Positions 32,305-46,078 of a stretch of 64,000 bases of DNA are shown here, in pieces. The notes under the pieces were generated by a model. The model saw nothing but the letters and a program-made list of their open reading frames with translations, had not been told where the DNA came from and did no database searches. The stretch's first letter is position 1; the number at the start of each line of letters is the position of its first letter. The translations under genes and the position numbers were made by a program. This DNA comes from an uncultured Gemmatimonadales bacterium. Its GTDB lineage: Bacteria > Gemmatimonadota > Gemmatimonadetes > Gemmatimonadales > GWC2-71-9. The DNA is taken from the NCBI GenBank assembly GCA_963844035.1, contig CAWJMT010000037.1, positions 224,001 to 288,000 on the forward strand, in the 5' to 3' direction.

Positions 32305-32664
32305 TCAGACGGTGAACGACGTCCCGCAGCCGCAGCCACCTGTCGCGTTGGGATTCTCGAAGGCGAACCCCGACTCCTGGAAGTTGCTCTTGAAGTCGAT
32401 CGTCACGCCGTTCAGGTACTGCGCGCTGAACCCGTCCACGAAGCAGCGGACGCCGCCGGTCTCGATCACGACGTCGTCGTCCAGCGGCTTGTCTTCGATG
32501 TTCAGGCTGTACTTGAACCCCGAGCACCCGCCAGGCAGCACCCCGACGCGGAGTCCCGCGGTCTCAGGCGCTACCTTTTCGTCCGCCATGAATTTCCTGA
32601 CTTCGTCCGCGGCGCGGTCGGTCAGGGTCAACGTGACGGGCGTGGTCTTCTGAGTTGTGGCCAT
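32305..32664 (-). CDS. iscA: A-type Fe-S cluster carrier (IscA/ErpA family)
   Basis: GGCSG, F.NPNA..GCGCGTSF; SD AGGAGG. Confidence 0.93.
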   Translation of the reverse strand: MATTQKTTPVTLTLTDRAADEVRKFMADEKVAPETAGLRVGVLPGGCSGFKYSLNIEDKPLDDDVVIETGGVRCFVDGFSAQYLNGVTIDFKSNFQESGFAFENPNATGGCGCGTSFTV

Positions 32665-32686
32665 TGCGATCCTCCTGTCAGATGCC

Positions 32687-32715
32687 AACTTAGACGAGTC
32701 CTTCGGGCGTGTCAA
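32687..32715 (-). promoter_or_regulatory. Sigma70-type promoter of iscA
   Basis: Minus strand TTGACA-17 nt-TAAGTT. Confidence 0.7.
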
Positions 32716-32739
32716 CTCTCCCACAGGGATCGCATCGTC

Positions 32740-34528
<1,789 letters not shown>

Positions 34529-34532
34529 GCGG

Positions 34533-35766
34533 CTAGAGCTCCTCGTGCGCAACGCATCGACGACGAGATCCGCCACGTGTGACCGGATGCGGCGGATCGC
34601 CAGGGCGCTGTTCGGCCTCGTTGACCCGGTTCGTCAGCAGAATGATGAACAGGTCGCGGTCGGGATCCATCCAGATGGACGTGCCGGTGAATCCCGTGTG
34701 ACCGAAGGCGCGGTCGGAGAGCCGCAGGCCGGCGCTCGAGCTCCGGGTTCGAGGCTGATCGGGAGTGTCCCAGCCCAGCGCGCGACTCGAGCCGGGAGGA
34801 AAATCCTGGCGGTGCGTGAACTCCGCCACGGTTTCCGAGCGAATGAACTGCACGTTGTCCCACGCCCCGCCGTTCAACAGCATGGCGGCAAAGCGCGACA
34901 GATCGCCCGCGGTGGAGAACAGCCCCGCGTGCCCCGAGATCCCCTCCAGCCGGGCGGCATTGGCGTCGTGCACCTCGCCTTGCAGCAGCCGGTGGCGGAA
35001 GGTCGTGTCGAGCTCCGTCGGCGCTGTCTTGGGCCACCAGCTCGGGCGGCGGCACGAAGCGCGTCGCCGGCATGCCGAGCGGGTCGAACACCCGCGCGGC
35101 GAGCAAGCGCTCCATCGGCTCCCCCGCGATCGCCTCGACCGCCTGCATCAGCACCATGGCGCCCAAATCGGAGTAGACCACGCGCTCGCCCGGGGGTCCC
35201 GTGAGGGGTGTGGTGTCCACGAGCGCGAGCGCTTCGGTGCGCGTCGCCGTTTCGCGATACAGCGGCCGCCAGTCGGGCAATCCGGAGGAATGCGTGAGCA
35301 GCTGGCGGATGGTTACCTCGTCCTTGGCCGGCCCCTGGAACGCCGGCACGTAGCGCTGCACGGGGGCATCGAGCTCCAGCTTCCCGTCGTCCACGAGCAA
35401 CATGCACGCGGTCGTGAGTCCGACCACCTTGGTCATGGACGCGATGTCGTACAGCGTCGTGACCTGGACCCGGTCGGTGTCGTCCACCCCGTAGCGCCCG
35501 ACAGGCGCGAGCAGCGCCAGGCGGCCATGCCTCCCGACGGCGAGTACCGCGCCCGGGAACGCCTCGCTGTCCACCTCGGCCCGGAGATAGGCCACCGTGG
35601 CGGCGAGATCGACGCTGTCGAATCCGAGCGCCTGCGGCGCGGCCAGCGGGGAGCCCCGCGCTGCGGGGTACGGCGCGGGGGAGCGGGGGAGCGGGAGCAA
35701 GCGCGTGGCGTGGCCGTGGCAGGCTGCCAGTAACGCGACCAAGGGGAGGAGCGGGAGGGAATTCAC
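34533..35766 (-). CDS. Serine hydrolase, beta-lactamase-like (AmiE-like) lipoprotein; frameshifted
   Basis: Lipobox LLAAC; SMTK (SxxK), LLTHSSG, YSD, VHD.NA, GHAGLFST, GHTGFTGT. Confidence 0.85.
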
Positions 35767-37503
35767 GGCCGCGCCGGCACCTCGATCCCGTGGCCGACCG
35801 GATAGGGCGGCAGGCGGATCGGGAGGTGGCCGGTGATCGGCACCTGGCCGAGCAGCGCGAGTCCGACCGCGCGCTCGGCGGCGCGCACCGCGCTCCACGC
35901 GAGCAGGTACGACTTCACGGTGGGCATCTGGTCGAGCAGGTACGGGCTCCCCAGCGAAACGAGCACCGTGGGGCGCGCGGAGTCCGTCGCGGTGATCAGC
36001 CGCACCAGCGAGTCGGGCATGGTGATGGTGCCGCGCGCCGTGATGGGCCGGAGCTGGGCGACGAACACCACCCGCTCATCGCGCGCAATGGTGGCGCGCG
36101 CCGAGTCGTACGATTGGGGCCCGGACATAGGCCAGAGCCGGAAGTAGTCGACCGGGTTGCCGCCGGCGCGCAGCACGTCCACGATGCGCTGTCCCACCGA
36201 GCTGTTCCTTTCATCCGCGTACGCGATCAGCGCCACCCGGGTGCGTCGTGCCTGGAGGGCACGGAGCGCGCCGTTCGCGTCGCGCACGAGGGTCAGGGAG
36301 CGGACGGCCAGGTCGTCCGCTTGGGCTTGGAGTGCCCGCGTGCCTATCGTCGTCGTGAGGGAATCGAGCGGCACCGTGCGTCGGACGAACAGGCCAAGTT
36401 TCTGCTTGATCGCAAGGACGCGACGCACTGAGGTGTCGAGCCGCGTCAGAGCGATGCGGCCGGACGCGACGGCCTCCGCGACCGCGTTCACGGCGACGTC
36501 GGGGTCCGCCGGCATGACGAGCAAGTCCGAGCCCGCGAGCAGCGCACGGACCGATGCCTCTCCGGCGCCGTAGCGCGACGCGATCCCGCCCATCGAGAGC
36601 GCATCGGTCACGACCAAACCCTGGAACCCGAGCGAATCGCGCAGCAGGCCGGTCATCACCGCCGCCGAGACGGTGGCCGGCTCGTCCGAGCCGGTGAAGG
36701 CCGGGAACGCGATGTGGCCGCTCATCACGATCGCAGCGCCGGCGGCGATGCCGGCGCGGAACGGGATCAGCTCGGCCGAGTCGAGCCGCGCGTACCCGGT
36801 GGTGATCACGGGCATGCTCAGGTGCGAGTCGACGCGGGTGTCGCCGTGGCCGGGGAAATGCTTGAGCGTGGCGAGCATGCCGTGCTCTTGCAGCCCGCGC
36901 ACGTAGGCCTGGACCAGGCTGGCGACGGCCGCGGGGTCTTCACCGAACGAGCGGACGTTGATGATCGGGTTGAGCGGGTTGTTGTTGAGATCGGCGTCCG
37001 GGGCGAAATTGACGTGGATCCCCACGGCCCGGCCCTCGGTCGCGGCGGCGGCGGCGATGGTGTAGGCGTCGCGGGGATCGTTGGTGGCGCCGGCGGCCAT
37101 GAGCATCGGGAACGAGGTGGCGCCGGTGAGTCGCATCCCGGCGCCCCACTCGAGGTCCGCCGAGACGAGCAGCGGCAGGCGCGAGCGCAGCTGCAGGGCA
37201 TTCAGCTTGGCGGCGATGTCGAACGGGGAGCCCACCGAGACGAGCACGCCCCCCACCTGGAGCGAATCGACCCAGCGGGTCATGACCTGAAAGTCCGAGT
37301 CGTCCACCGCGGCATACGCCCCCGAGATCCAGGGCATCACGAGCTGCGCGGCCTTCTGGCGGACGGTCAGCCCTGCGAGAATGGAATCGACGGAGATGGG
37401 CGCGGACCGGGATGCGGGCGGGTGCGATGGCAGTCGGGGTGGCGCACGTGACCGCTCCACATCCGAGCACGAGACCAACGATCAGGAGCCTATGCGCGCG
37501 CAT
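35763..37503 (-). CDS. nagZ: GH3 beta-N-acetylglucosaminidase lipoprotein (frameshift near 37430)
   Basis: KHFPGHGDTRVDSH (Asp-His dyad), RSFGED, VTDAL.M; signal MRAHRLLIVGLVLGC. Confidence 0.9.
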
Positions 37504-38713
37504 CATCTCTCACTGTTGTGGTTGCTCGCCTGCACCGGCTGTCTCGGCCCCGCCTCGGCGCAGGTGCGCCCGGGCATCGAGGTCCTGCTCACCGACTCCG
37601 CGCACCTGGTGGCGGGGAAGCGGGTCGGGCTGCTTACCAATCAGACCGGGGTCGATCGCGCTGGGCCGCCGCACGGTCGATCGGCTCGCCGCCGATCGCG
37701 CGGTGCGTCTCACCCTGCTCTTGAGTCCGGAGCACGGATTCCGCGGCACCGAGGACCGGCCCGGCCTGCCGCACGCCGTCGATTCCGCTACGGGCCTCCC
37801 AATCTATAGCCTTTACGGTCCAAAACAGACGCCCGAGTCCGTGCCCCTCGCGGGGCTCGATGCGGTGCTCATCGACCTGCAGGACATCGGCGCTCGCTAC
37901 TACACCTACGTTTCAACGGCGGTCATTCTCATGCAGCGTGCGGCACAGCAGGGTGTACCGGTGATTGTGCTCGATCGCCCTAATCCTCTGGGCGGCGGCG
38001 CGGTGCAGGGCAACGTGCGCGCAAAGCCGGCGGCTGAGCAGACCTTCGTCGGTTTTCTCCCGATTGCCATGCGGCATGGGATGACATTGGGAGAGATGTT
38101 GCTGCTCGCGAACGATGCGCTGGGCATTGGCGCGCGACTCACGGTCGTTCCGGCGGCCGGCTGGCGGCGCGACATGTACTTCGACGCCACCGGGCTCCCA
38201 TGGGTGAAACCGTCCCCCAACATGCCCGACCTCGAGAGCGCGCTTCATTATCCCGGGACGTGCTTGTTCGAGGGGACGAATCTGTCGGTGGGGCGGGGGA
38301 CGCCGCTCGCATTTCAGGTCATCGGAGCGACCTGGGTAGATGCGGAAGCGGTGATCCGACGGCTCAAAGATGGGGAAGGGTTAGACGGTGTCGAACTCGT
38401 GGCCGACACGCTCACTCCCCACGCGCCGAGTGATATGAAGAATGATGGCGTGAGGATCAACGTCATCCGGTTGCACGTCACCGACCGGGCCCGGTATGAC
38501 CCCACCCACACCGCCGTCGCGTTGCTCGCGGCGTTTCGCGCGGTGCATCCCGACTCCTTGAAGTTTGTCGTCGAGCGGTTCGACTTGCTCGCTGCCGGGC
38601 CCGAGTTGCGGCAAGCGATCCTGGCGGGGCAGGGGCCCGAGGGCGTCTGGGGGGCATGGGACACGGGGTTGGAGAGGTTTCGGGGGGTGAGGGGGAAGTA
38701 CCTGTTGTACTAG
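37492..38713 (+). CDS. namZ: Exo-beta-N-acetylmuramidase, DUF1343 (frameshift near 37660)
   Basis: GLLTNQTG, PEHGFRG, DLQDIGARYYTY, LDRPNPLGG, PSPNMP, EGTNLSVGRGT, YLLY end. Confidence 0.92.
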
Positions 38714-39115
38714 CAACTACGACCGTCGCTGCGCGACCCCTGTCCCTCCTTGTGCCCATCCCCCTGGCACATCCGGGCCCGCGGCCTGCGCCACGTCCAC
38801 CTCGCGTGACTCCGTTCGGATGCTCTACTCGACCGCGAAGGCGTTGCCGATCTGCCGCCGGATTCCCGCCACCGATGTCGCTGTAGACCGAGTATCCTGC
38901 GGGATCCGAATCGTCCGAGTTCCCGCTGACGAACGCGCTGGTGTGCAACAGGGTGGGGAGCCGTGCGGGCAGCATGTGCATCACCGTGAAGAGGTCGTGG
39001 GATCATGCGGGACGCGGACTGAAGCGGCGGTGAAGGAATGCTGAACGAACCTGAGTGAAGAGCTTGTCATTCAGTTCCCATGATTCTTCACAGGTCCCCT
39101 GATAGCGTACACCTC

Positions 39116-39506
39116 ATGCGAATGCTTCACCGAGCCGGTCTTCGCGTCGCCGCCGTTGCGGCGCTGCTCGCCGCCTGTGACAACGACAGCACGGCGCCCG
39201 TTACGTCGCTCGTCGGCACGTGGAACCTCGTCGGGTTCACCGACGCAGGGGTGGCGGCGGTCACCACGGGCACGTGGGTATTCCGGGCCGATGGCACGTG
39301 CAGTGTCAACGGGACGGTCACCTTCCCCGGCGAGCCGACGGATCCGCTCATCGCGGATGGCACGTTCGTCCAGAGCGGCAACAGTGTAACGCTGACGATC
39401 GCCGCTCAGATGGGCACTTGGACACTCACGGCGAGCGGCAGTGAGGTCGTGCTCACCGCGATCGGGGCCGCCACCCGCGAACACCATCACGTTGCGCCGC
39501 CCGTAG
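39116..39506 (+). CDS. Lipocalin-like lipoprotein (frameshift near the 3' end)
   Basis: Lipobox LLAAC; LVGTWNL; F.ADGT; GT[F/W] repeats. Confidence 0.65.
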
Positions 39507-39611
39507 CCCGAGGCAGACGGGGACGGCACTCGCAGTCCACCGTCGGGAACCCGGCGGCCCGGTTCCTAGTACATAGCGGGGTTACGTTTTGAGGCTTGCC
39601 GGCACCTCACC

Positions 39612-41135
39612 TTGATCCTGGAGACGTCCATCCAGCTGCGCTCGTTGCACTGGGCTCTGACGCTTGCCGCCCTCATCATCCCGCTCAGAGCGGTGCGGGC
39701 CCAGGAGATCCAGGTTCCGATGGACGAGGCCGACCGGATCCTGGTGATCACGGCCGATCTGGCTCGCCGCCTCGGCCTGTTCGCCGAAGTCGACGGCCTG
39801 CGCGAAGCGCTGCTCTTCCAGCTGCCCGATTCGAGCTTCGTGTTGGAGGTGACCTCCGCCACGCCGCAGGGCAGGGTGCGGCGAGAGCGCCGGCCGCTGT
39901 CGCCGGCCCAAGCGCTCGAGTTCCGGCGCGACGTGACAACCCGCATTGCCGAACGCGCCCGCAGCGCCGGTGTCGATCAGAGCGGCCGTACGAAACTGGT
40001 CGGCGGTGCGACCTTACTGGGCCTCTTCTATTACGGCTGGGCCACGGCGGTGGCGCTCGATGCCGAGGAGACGCGCGCGAACGTCGCGGCGTACATGGTC
40101 ACAGCAGGGACCGCCTTCTTCCTACCGTACCTCTTGACGCGCAACCGCGCGGTGCCGGATGCCGTCGCCACCATGGCGTTGTGGGGCGCCACGCGGGGCG
40201 CACTGCATGGCGCCCTCGCTGCCGACTTTGCCGGCGATCCCAGCACCGAGACACGGTTTGGCTGGAGCGTCGGCGTCGGCGCCGTTGAAACCGTCATCGG
40301 TGGAGTCGCCGCTCAGGCGCTCGGCATGACCTCGGGACGCGCCGAGCTGACGGGTGCGGGAGGCGACCTCGGCCTGGGGATCGGCTGGGGCATCGCCGAC
40401 CTGCTCAAGTTGAACGAGCGCTACGACTCCGTGACGGTGCCGGACGGCGGCGGCGGCACCTACACCTACGGCGTGCAGGACCGGACGGCCCAGCAAGCCG
40501 TGACGCTGAGCGGTGCGGCGCTCGGCCTCGTCGGCGGCTATATGCTGGGCCGCACCGACGACTGGACCCGCGGCGATGCCGCGATCTTCCGAAATGTGTC
40601 GCTGATCGCGGGGTTAGCCGGTGTCGCGGTCGGGGATCTGATTCAGCAGCCGCGCACCATTACCGAGCCGACTGGTGGCGGTGGCAGCTACTCGTACGTC
40701 GATGACGGGTTCACCGGCACGCAGACCGCCGCCGGGTTGGTGGGGGCGGCCGCCGGCATGGTGGCGGGCCGAATGCTCGTCGCGAATCGGAATTTCACGA
40801 CCAGCCAGGGCACGCTGCTGACCTTGTCGCCGCTCGCGGGCGGATTGCTCGCGCTCGGCATCGCGTATCTCGCCACACCTGAGCAATCCGTAAACTACGA
40901 CCCAAACGTGCCCTATGAAGATCCGAACGACCACAGCGAGCTGTACCTGAGCGTCAGCGCGCTCGGCGCCGCCGCCGGGTTTGCCGCGCTCTATCCCGCA
41001 ATGGCGCGACAGTCCGCGAAACCGGCGGCGCCGGCCGGGCGACTGCAATTCTCGCTGAATCCGCTCGCGGCCGCCCAGATCTTCGGGGGGAGCAGGGCAC
41101 GGGTTACGCTTGGGTCCGTGCAGTACCGCTTCTGA
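39612..41135 (+). CDS. Hypothetical Gly-rich multi-helix membrane protein
   Basis: 507-aa ORF, signal ending VRAQ, about 10 Gly/Ala-rich hydrophobic segments, ends YRF. Confidence 0.7.
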   Translation: MILETSIQLRSLHWALTLAALIIPLRAVRAQEIQVPMDEADRILVITADLARRLGLFAEVDGLREALLFQLPDSSFVLEVTSATPQGRVRRERRPLSPAQALEFRRDVTTRIAERARSAGVDQSGRTKLVGGATLLGLFYYGWATAVALDAEETRANVAAYMVTAGTAFFLPYLLTRNRAVPDAVATMALWGATRGALHGALAADFAGDPSTETRFGWSVGVGAVETVIGGVAAQALGMTSGRAELTGAGGDLGLGIGWGIADLLKLNERYDSVTVPDGGGGTYTYGVQDRTAQQAVTLSGAALGLVGGYMLGRTDDWTRGDAAIFRNVSLIAGLAGVAVGDLIQQPRTITEPTGGGGSYSYVDDGFTGTQTAAGLVGAAAGMVAGRMLVANRNFTTSQGTLLTLSPLAGGLLALGIAYLATPEQSVNYDPNVPYEDPNDHSELYLSVSALGAAAGFAALYPAMARQSAKPAAPAGRLQFSLNPLAAAQIFGGSRARVTLGSVQYRF

Positions 41136-41209
41136 GTCGAGGGTTGAGGTCCGCGGGTGGAAACTATTGATTACCGACCCCCGTCCTGCTCCGTGAGGTA
41201 ACACGCTCC

Positions 41210-41828
41210 ATGGCCAAAATCCTGCCTCTGGTGGACGTGACGCTGGCGGTGCTGGTGCTGTCATCCGGCGCCGTCGCCCAACGTTCGCCAGCGAGCGGAA
41301 CCACCGGCGGCGGTAGTCCTCCGTATACCGTCGCCGACGTGCAGTTCATGAGCGGGATGATCGTGCACCACGCGCAGGCGGTGTTGATCGCGGGTTGGGC
41401 GCCGAGCCACAGCGCCGGTGCGTCGCTGCGCGTCCTGTGCGAGCGCATCGTGGTGGCCCAGCAGGACGAAATTGCGTTGATGCGAGCGCTGGCTGCGGGA
41501 GCGCCATGAAGATGTACCGCCCGTCGAGCCGCACGAGCACAGCATGGCCGGAATGAGCCATCCCATGCTCATGCCCGGAATGCTGACCCCCGCGCAGCTG
41601 GCGCAGCTCGACAGCGCACGCGGCCTCGAGTTCGACCGCTTGTTTCTGACGTTCATGATTCAACACCACCGCGGCGCGATCACCATGGTGGAGCAGCTGC
41701 TGCGGGTGCCGGGCGCCGCCCAGGACGGGCGGGTGTTCCGGTTCGCCGCCGATGTGAATGTCGACCAGGCCACCGAGATCGACCGCATGAGCCAGATGCT
41801 CGCGGGCCTGTCTCCCGGGCCCACTTGA
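41210..41828 (+). CDS. DUF305 ferritin-like protein (frameshift near 41487)
   Basis: ADVQFMSGMIVHHAQA, Q..EI..M, MPGML, FDRLFL..MI.HHRGA. Confidence 0.88.
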
Positions 41829-41842
41829 ACGGAGCTTCTCTT

Positions 41843-43848
41843 GTGAACACTCAATCGTTGCTCGCCCTCGCGGCCCTATCCCTCGGCGCCTGCGCCACCT
41901 CGAAGCTGCACACGACGCCTGTCCCGCCCCCGGCGGCGCCGCGCCCCGCCGCGGCCGCAAGCGGGGACCCGCGGGTAAGTCTCCGGGCCGGCTGGATGGA
42001 TGCCGGTGAGGCGGTGTCGGGCCTCCGCGTCGTCTCGCGAACTCCGCCCTCCGCACAATTCCTCCCCAGCGCGCCGGGCGACTTTGAGTTCATCAATTCG
42101 GATCTGTCGTTCGTGGGCAACTACGTCATTCAGGGCAACTTCTCGGGTTATCAGGTGTGGGACATTTCCGATCCGAGCCACCCGACGCTCCACACGGCCT
42201 ATGTCTGTCCCGGCTCTCAGAGCGACGTCTCGGTGTACGGCAAGCTGATGTTCGTGTCCGGCGAGGCGATGAACGGCCGCACCGACTGCGGCACCCAGGG
42301 GGTGCCCGATACGGTGAGCCAGGACCGCCTGCGCGGTATTCGCATCTTCGACATCACCGACATCGCGCACCCGAAGTACCTGACGAACGTTCAGACCTGC
42401 CGCGGCTCACACACCCACACGGTGGTGACCGATCCGCGCGACAGGGCGAACGTGTACATCTACATCTCCGGCACCGCGCCGGTGCGGTCCCCGAACGAGC
42501 TCGCGGGGTGCTCGAGCTCGCCGCTCCAGGACGACCCGACCACGGCGCTGTTCCGCATCGAGGTCATCCGGGTGCCGCTCGCGGCGCCCCAACAGGCCAA
42601 GATCGTGAGCTCGCCCCGCATCTTCGGCGGCCTCACCGAGCCGGCCCAGCATGGCGAGGCGCCGCAGGACGTCGCCGCCGCCGCTGCAGGTCGCTGCCGC
42701 CGCGCGCGCCCGCGGCGCGTTCACCGTGACCATGCACGGCATGGAGCACGTGGCGTCCCGCCGGTTCATCAATCCGCTGCTCGACAGCATCGTGGCCGCC
42801 CGCGGGGGGACCGGGGCGCCGACCGGCGCCGACAGCGCCGCGTTGCGCGGAGCCCTGCAGGGCATCGTGGACCAGATGATGCACGGCGAGGCCGGTCCGG
42901 GCGGCGCCCGTCCCGGGCCCACCCAGTGCCACGACATCACCGTGTACTCCGACATCGGGCTCGCCGGCGGCGCGTGCGCGGGCTACGGGTTCCTGCTCGA
43001 CATCAGCGACGTGGCCCATCCGCGGCGCATCGCCGCAGTGGCGGACTCGAACTTTTCCTTCTGGCATTCGGCCACCTTCAACAACGACGGCAGCAAGATT
43101 CTGTTTTCGGACGAGTGGGGCGGCGGGTTGCAGCCCCGCTGCCGCCCGACCGACAAGCCCGAGTGGGGAGCCAACGCCATCTTCACGCTGGTCGCGCGAC
43201 ACCATGACGTTCCGGAGCTACTACAAGCTGCCGGTGCCGCAGTCGGCGGAGGAGAACTGCGTCGCTCACAATGGCTCGTTGATCCCGGTCCCCGGGCGCG
43301 ACATCATGGTGCAGGGCTGGTACCAGGGCGGCATTTCGGTGTTCGACTGGACCGATGCGGCGCACCCGCGCGAGATCGCCTACTTCGATCGCGGCCCGAT
43401 GGATTCGACCAAGCTGGTGGGCGCCGGGTCGTGGTCGGCGTACTGGTACAACGGCTACATCGTCAGCTCCGAGATCGCCCGCGGGCTCGACATCCTGGAG
43501 CTGCAGCCGAGTCCTCTGCTGTCGCAGAACGAGATCGACGCGGCGCGGCTGGTGCGTTTCGACTTCTTGAACGTCCAGGACCAGCGCAAGCTCGTCTGGC
43601 CCGCGAGCTTCGTGGTGGCGCGCGCCTATCTGGACCAGCTCGCCCGCTCGAACGGGTTGGCGGCCACCAAGGTGACGGCGGCGCGGGACGCGCTCGCTCG
43701 CGCCGAACAGGCCGCGGGAGCGGAGCGCCGCGGGGCGCTGCAACAGCTCGCCACGCAGCTCAGCGGCGATGCGCCCGGGGCGGCCGATCAGGCCAAGGTG
43801 CGGATGCTCGCGGCGGCGGTGGCGGACCTGGCGACTGCGGCGAAGTGA
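41843..43848 (+). CDS. LVIVD-repeat lipoprotein (two frameshifts)
   Basis: Lipobox LGAC; NSDL.F, CPGSQSDVSV, CRGSHTHT, CHDITV, WHSATF, NCVAHNG, WSAYWYNG; usual partner of DUF305. Confidence 0.8.
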
Positions 43849-43910
43849 CAATGGACGCATATTGTTGATGCGTCGGCCCTGTGCCCGATCTCCAACGCGA
43901 GGAGTGCAGC

Positions 43911-44621
43911 ATGGCTGGATGTCGTTCACTGGGTGCGGGACTGCTGGTTGGGGCCGTGCTGGCCTGCGGCGGCGACGGCTCGGGCATTATCAGCGTCAAT
44001 TCTCCTACCGTCAGCGTCAGCGGTATCACACGTGACTACTTCACCACTAACGCGTTAGGCTCCACCGTCATCACCATAGACGATCATCCAACGCTCACGA
44101 CCACGAGCGGGACGCTGGGCGCCTACATGTATTCCATCTCGGCGAACACCACCCTACTCGCCGTTGCCGCGCACACGAACTATCGACCCACCCGCAACGA
44201 GACGCTGACCGTCGGGCCGAGCGGTTCGACGGCGGATCTGTTTGCGACCTCGCTGGCCGATATCACGCGCCAATACACTGCCGTGGGGCTGCATTCCGAA
44301 CATCAACACCGGCGTCGTCATCGTGAACCTGCGCGACAACGCGGGCCAGCCGCGCGTGGGAATTCCCGTGGCGGATATCGTCTTGCTGAACGCCGCTCAG
44401 GCGCCGGTGGGCCTCGGTCCGTACGTGTTCGACGCGACGGGAGACATCGTGCCGCAGAACACCAGCCTTGAACTCGACCGCCGCGTTCGGTGGGCCGATC
44501 CCGCGTGGCGTTCCTCGACGTCCCACCCGGCATGCTCACGCTCCGGGTCACCCTGGCGCCGGCACCCGTGACCGCGACCGTTTCAGTGACGGCCAATGGG
44601 GCCACGCTGGTGCAGCGCTGA
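43911..44621 (+). CDS. Lipoprotein with carboxypeptidase-regulatory-like fold (frameshifted)
   Basis: SD GAGGAG; lipobox VLAC; VSG...DY beta-sandwich pattern. Confidence 0.55.
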
Positions 44622-44731
44622 GATCGATCGGCCGTATTGCCTGCACCCTTCGAGCGATACCTCCCGCTTTCACGCTGCGCTACCCTTGATTGTCAGCAGC
44701 GGGTACACCGCCGTACAATGGAGATGCGCTC

Positions 44732-44911
44732 ATGAAGCCCAGCACGAAGAACATGGTGAAGGGGAAGGCCCATCAGGTGAAGGGTGGCGTCAAGGAAGCA
44801 GCCGGGGTGCTCGTCGAGAATCGTGATTTGGAGGCCGAGGGCGCGGTCGAGAAGCTGCAAGGCAAGGTCCAGCAGAAAATCGGCGAGATCCAGCAGGTGC
44901 TGGAGAAGTAG
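44732..44911 (+). CDS. csbD: CsbD-family stress protein
   Basis: KGKAHQVKG.VKE..G....DLEAEG..EK..GKVQ. Confidence 0.88.
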   Translation: MKPSTKNMVKGKAHQVKGGVKEAAGVLVENRDLEAEGAVEKLQGKVQQKIGEIQQVLEK

Positions 44912-45023
44912 TAGGGAGTTAAGTCTCCGCTCATCCCTCCGAGCGATACCGCGGGTCGGAATCCGGCCCATTCTCCGGGTAGGCGAAATCGGCGGCATTC
45001 CACTCGCACCAGGAGACTGCGCC

Positions 45024-45200
45024 ATGTCATTCGGACTCTATATCCTCGGCTTTGCCATCTTCCTCGGTGGCGTGGCTTGGGCGCTCATCACCGCAGATGT
45101 GCGTCCCCTCTACGTCGCGATCACCTGCGTCATCATGCTCGGCCTCGGAATTCTGTCCGGGGTGACCCACATGCGCTCCAAGGATAAACCTTCGGTCTGA
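45024..45200 (+). CDS. Small two-TM membrane protein
   Basis: SD AGGAG; MSFGLYILGF...GLGILSGV. Confidence 0.7.
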   Translation: MSFGLYILGFAIFLGGVAWALITADVRPLYVAITCVIMLGLGILSGVTHMRSKDKPSV

Positions 45201-45373
45201 AACCTCCAGTCCGCGGGGCGTACCGAGGCTCCACCGGTGCCCCGTGAGCTGGCGACCAAAGTACAATTGACGGGCCGCGTGGCGCGGGGGGGCACAACCG
45301 CTTGATTCAGTGGAACTTCCCCCGCGCACTCGCCCTTCCGCCCCCCCGAACCGGCCGTTAGTTTCCCCCGGCA

Positions 45374-46078
45374 ATGAACGTGATTCCCCGTGCGCTTCAT
45401 TTGGGCTTCCTCCGCCTGATCGCACCGCTGGTGCAGCTGCTCATCCGGCTGCACGTGCGCCCCAACACCATCACCACGGTCGGGACACTCGTGGTAGTCC
45501 TATCGGCCGTCGCCTATGGCCGTGGTTCCGTCCACTGGGGCGGGTTCTTGCTCCTGCTGAGCGGCGTGTTCGACATGTTGGACGGGCAGGTGGCGCGCGA
45601 GGGCGGCGCCCGGACGGTGTTCGGCGCCTTCTACGACTCGACGCTCGATCGCGTCGGCGAAGCGGCCCTGTTCACCGGGATCGCGATCTACTTCCTCCAA
45701 GGTGGCGTCCCGCCCGAGCGCCTTATCTTCGCGGTGGTGACCTGCTGTGCGGCCCTGGGTGGCTCGCTGATCGTCTCGTACACGCGCGCCCGGGCCGAGG
45801 GTCTCAACGTGGAGTGCAGCGGGGGAATCGCGACGCGGGCGGAGCGCATCCTCGTGCTGGGAGCGCCGACCCTGTTCTTCGGTCCCGGGCCCAATGGCGC
45901 AATGCTGCTGTGGATCGTCTTCATACTGGCGCTCGCGACAGTGATTACCGTCGTGCAGCGTGTCATTCACGTCGCCCGGGCGACTTCGCCGCGGGGGCCG
46001 GGTGCGCCGCGTCCGGCTCGGACGCGCGATACCCTCCCCGGGCATGCGCCCGCGATGCAATCTCGGAAAGGACACTAA
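45374..46078 (+). CDS. CDP-alcohol phosphatidyltransferase (PIP-synthase-like)
   Basis: PN.IT, D.LDG..AR......GAF.DS.LDR, SY.RARAEGL, RAER. Confidence 0.9.
   Translation: MNVIPRALHLGFLRLIAPLVQLLIRLHVRPNTITTVGTLVVVLSAVAYGRGSVHWGGFLLLLSGVFDMLDGQVAREGGARTVFGAFYDSTLDRVGEAALFTGIAIYFLQGGVPPERLIFAVVTCCAALGGSLIVSYTRARAEGLNVECSGGIATRAERILVLGAPTLFFGPGPNGAMLLWIVFILALATVITVVQRVIHVARATSPRGPGAPRPARTRDTLPGHAPAMQSRKGH

Noticed and set aside
38714..39075. ncRNA or gene in the gap after namZ
   Set aside because: Only short, inconsistent minus-strand frames and no recognisable RNA motif; possibly a decayed gene, but unsupported.
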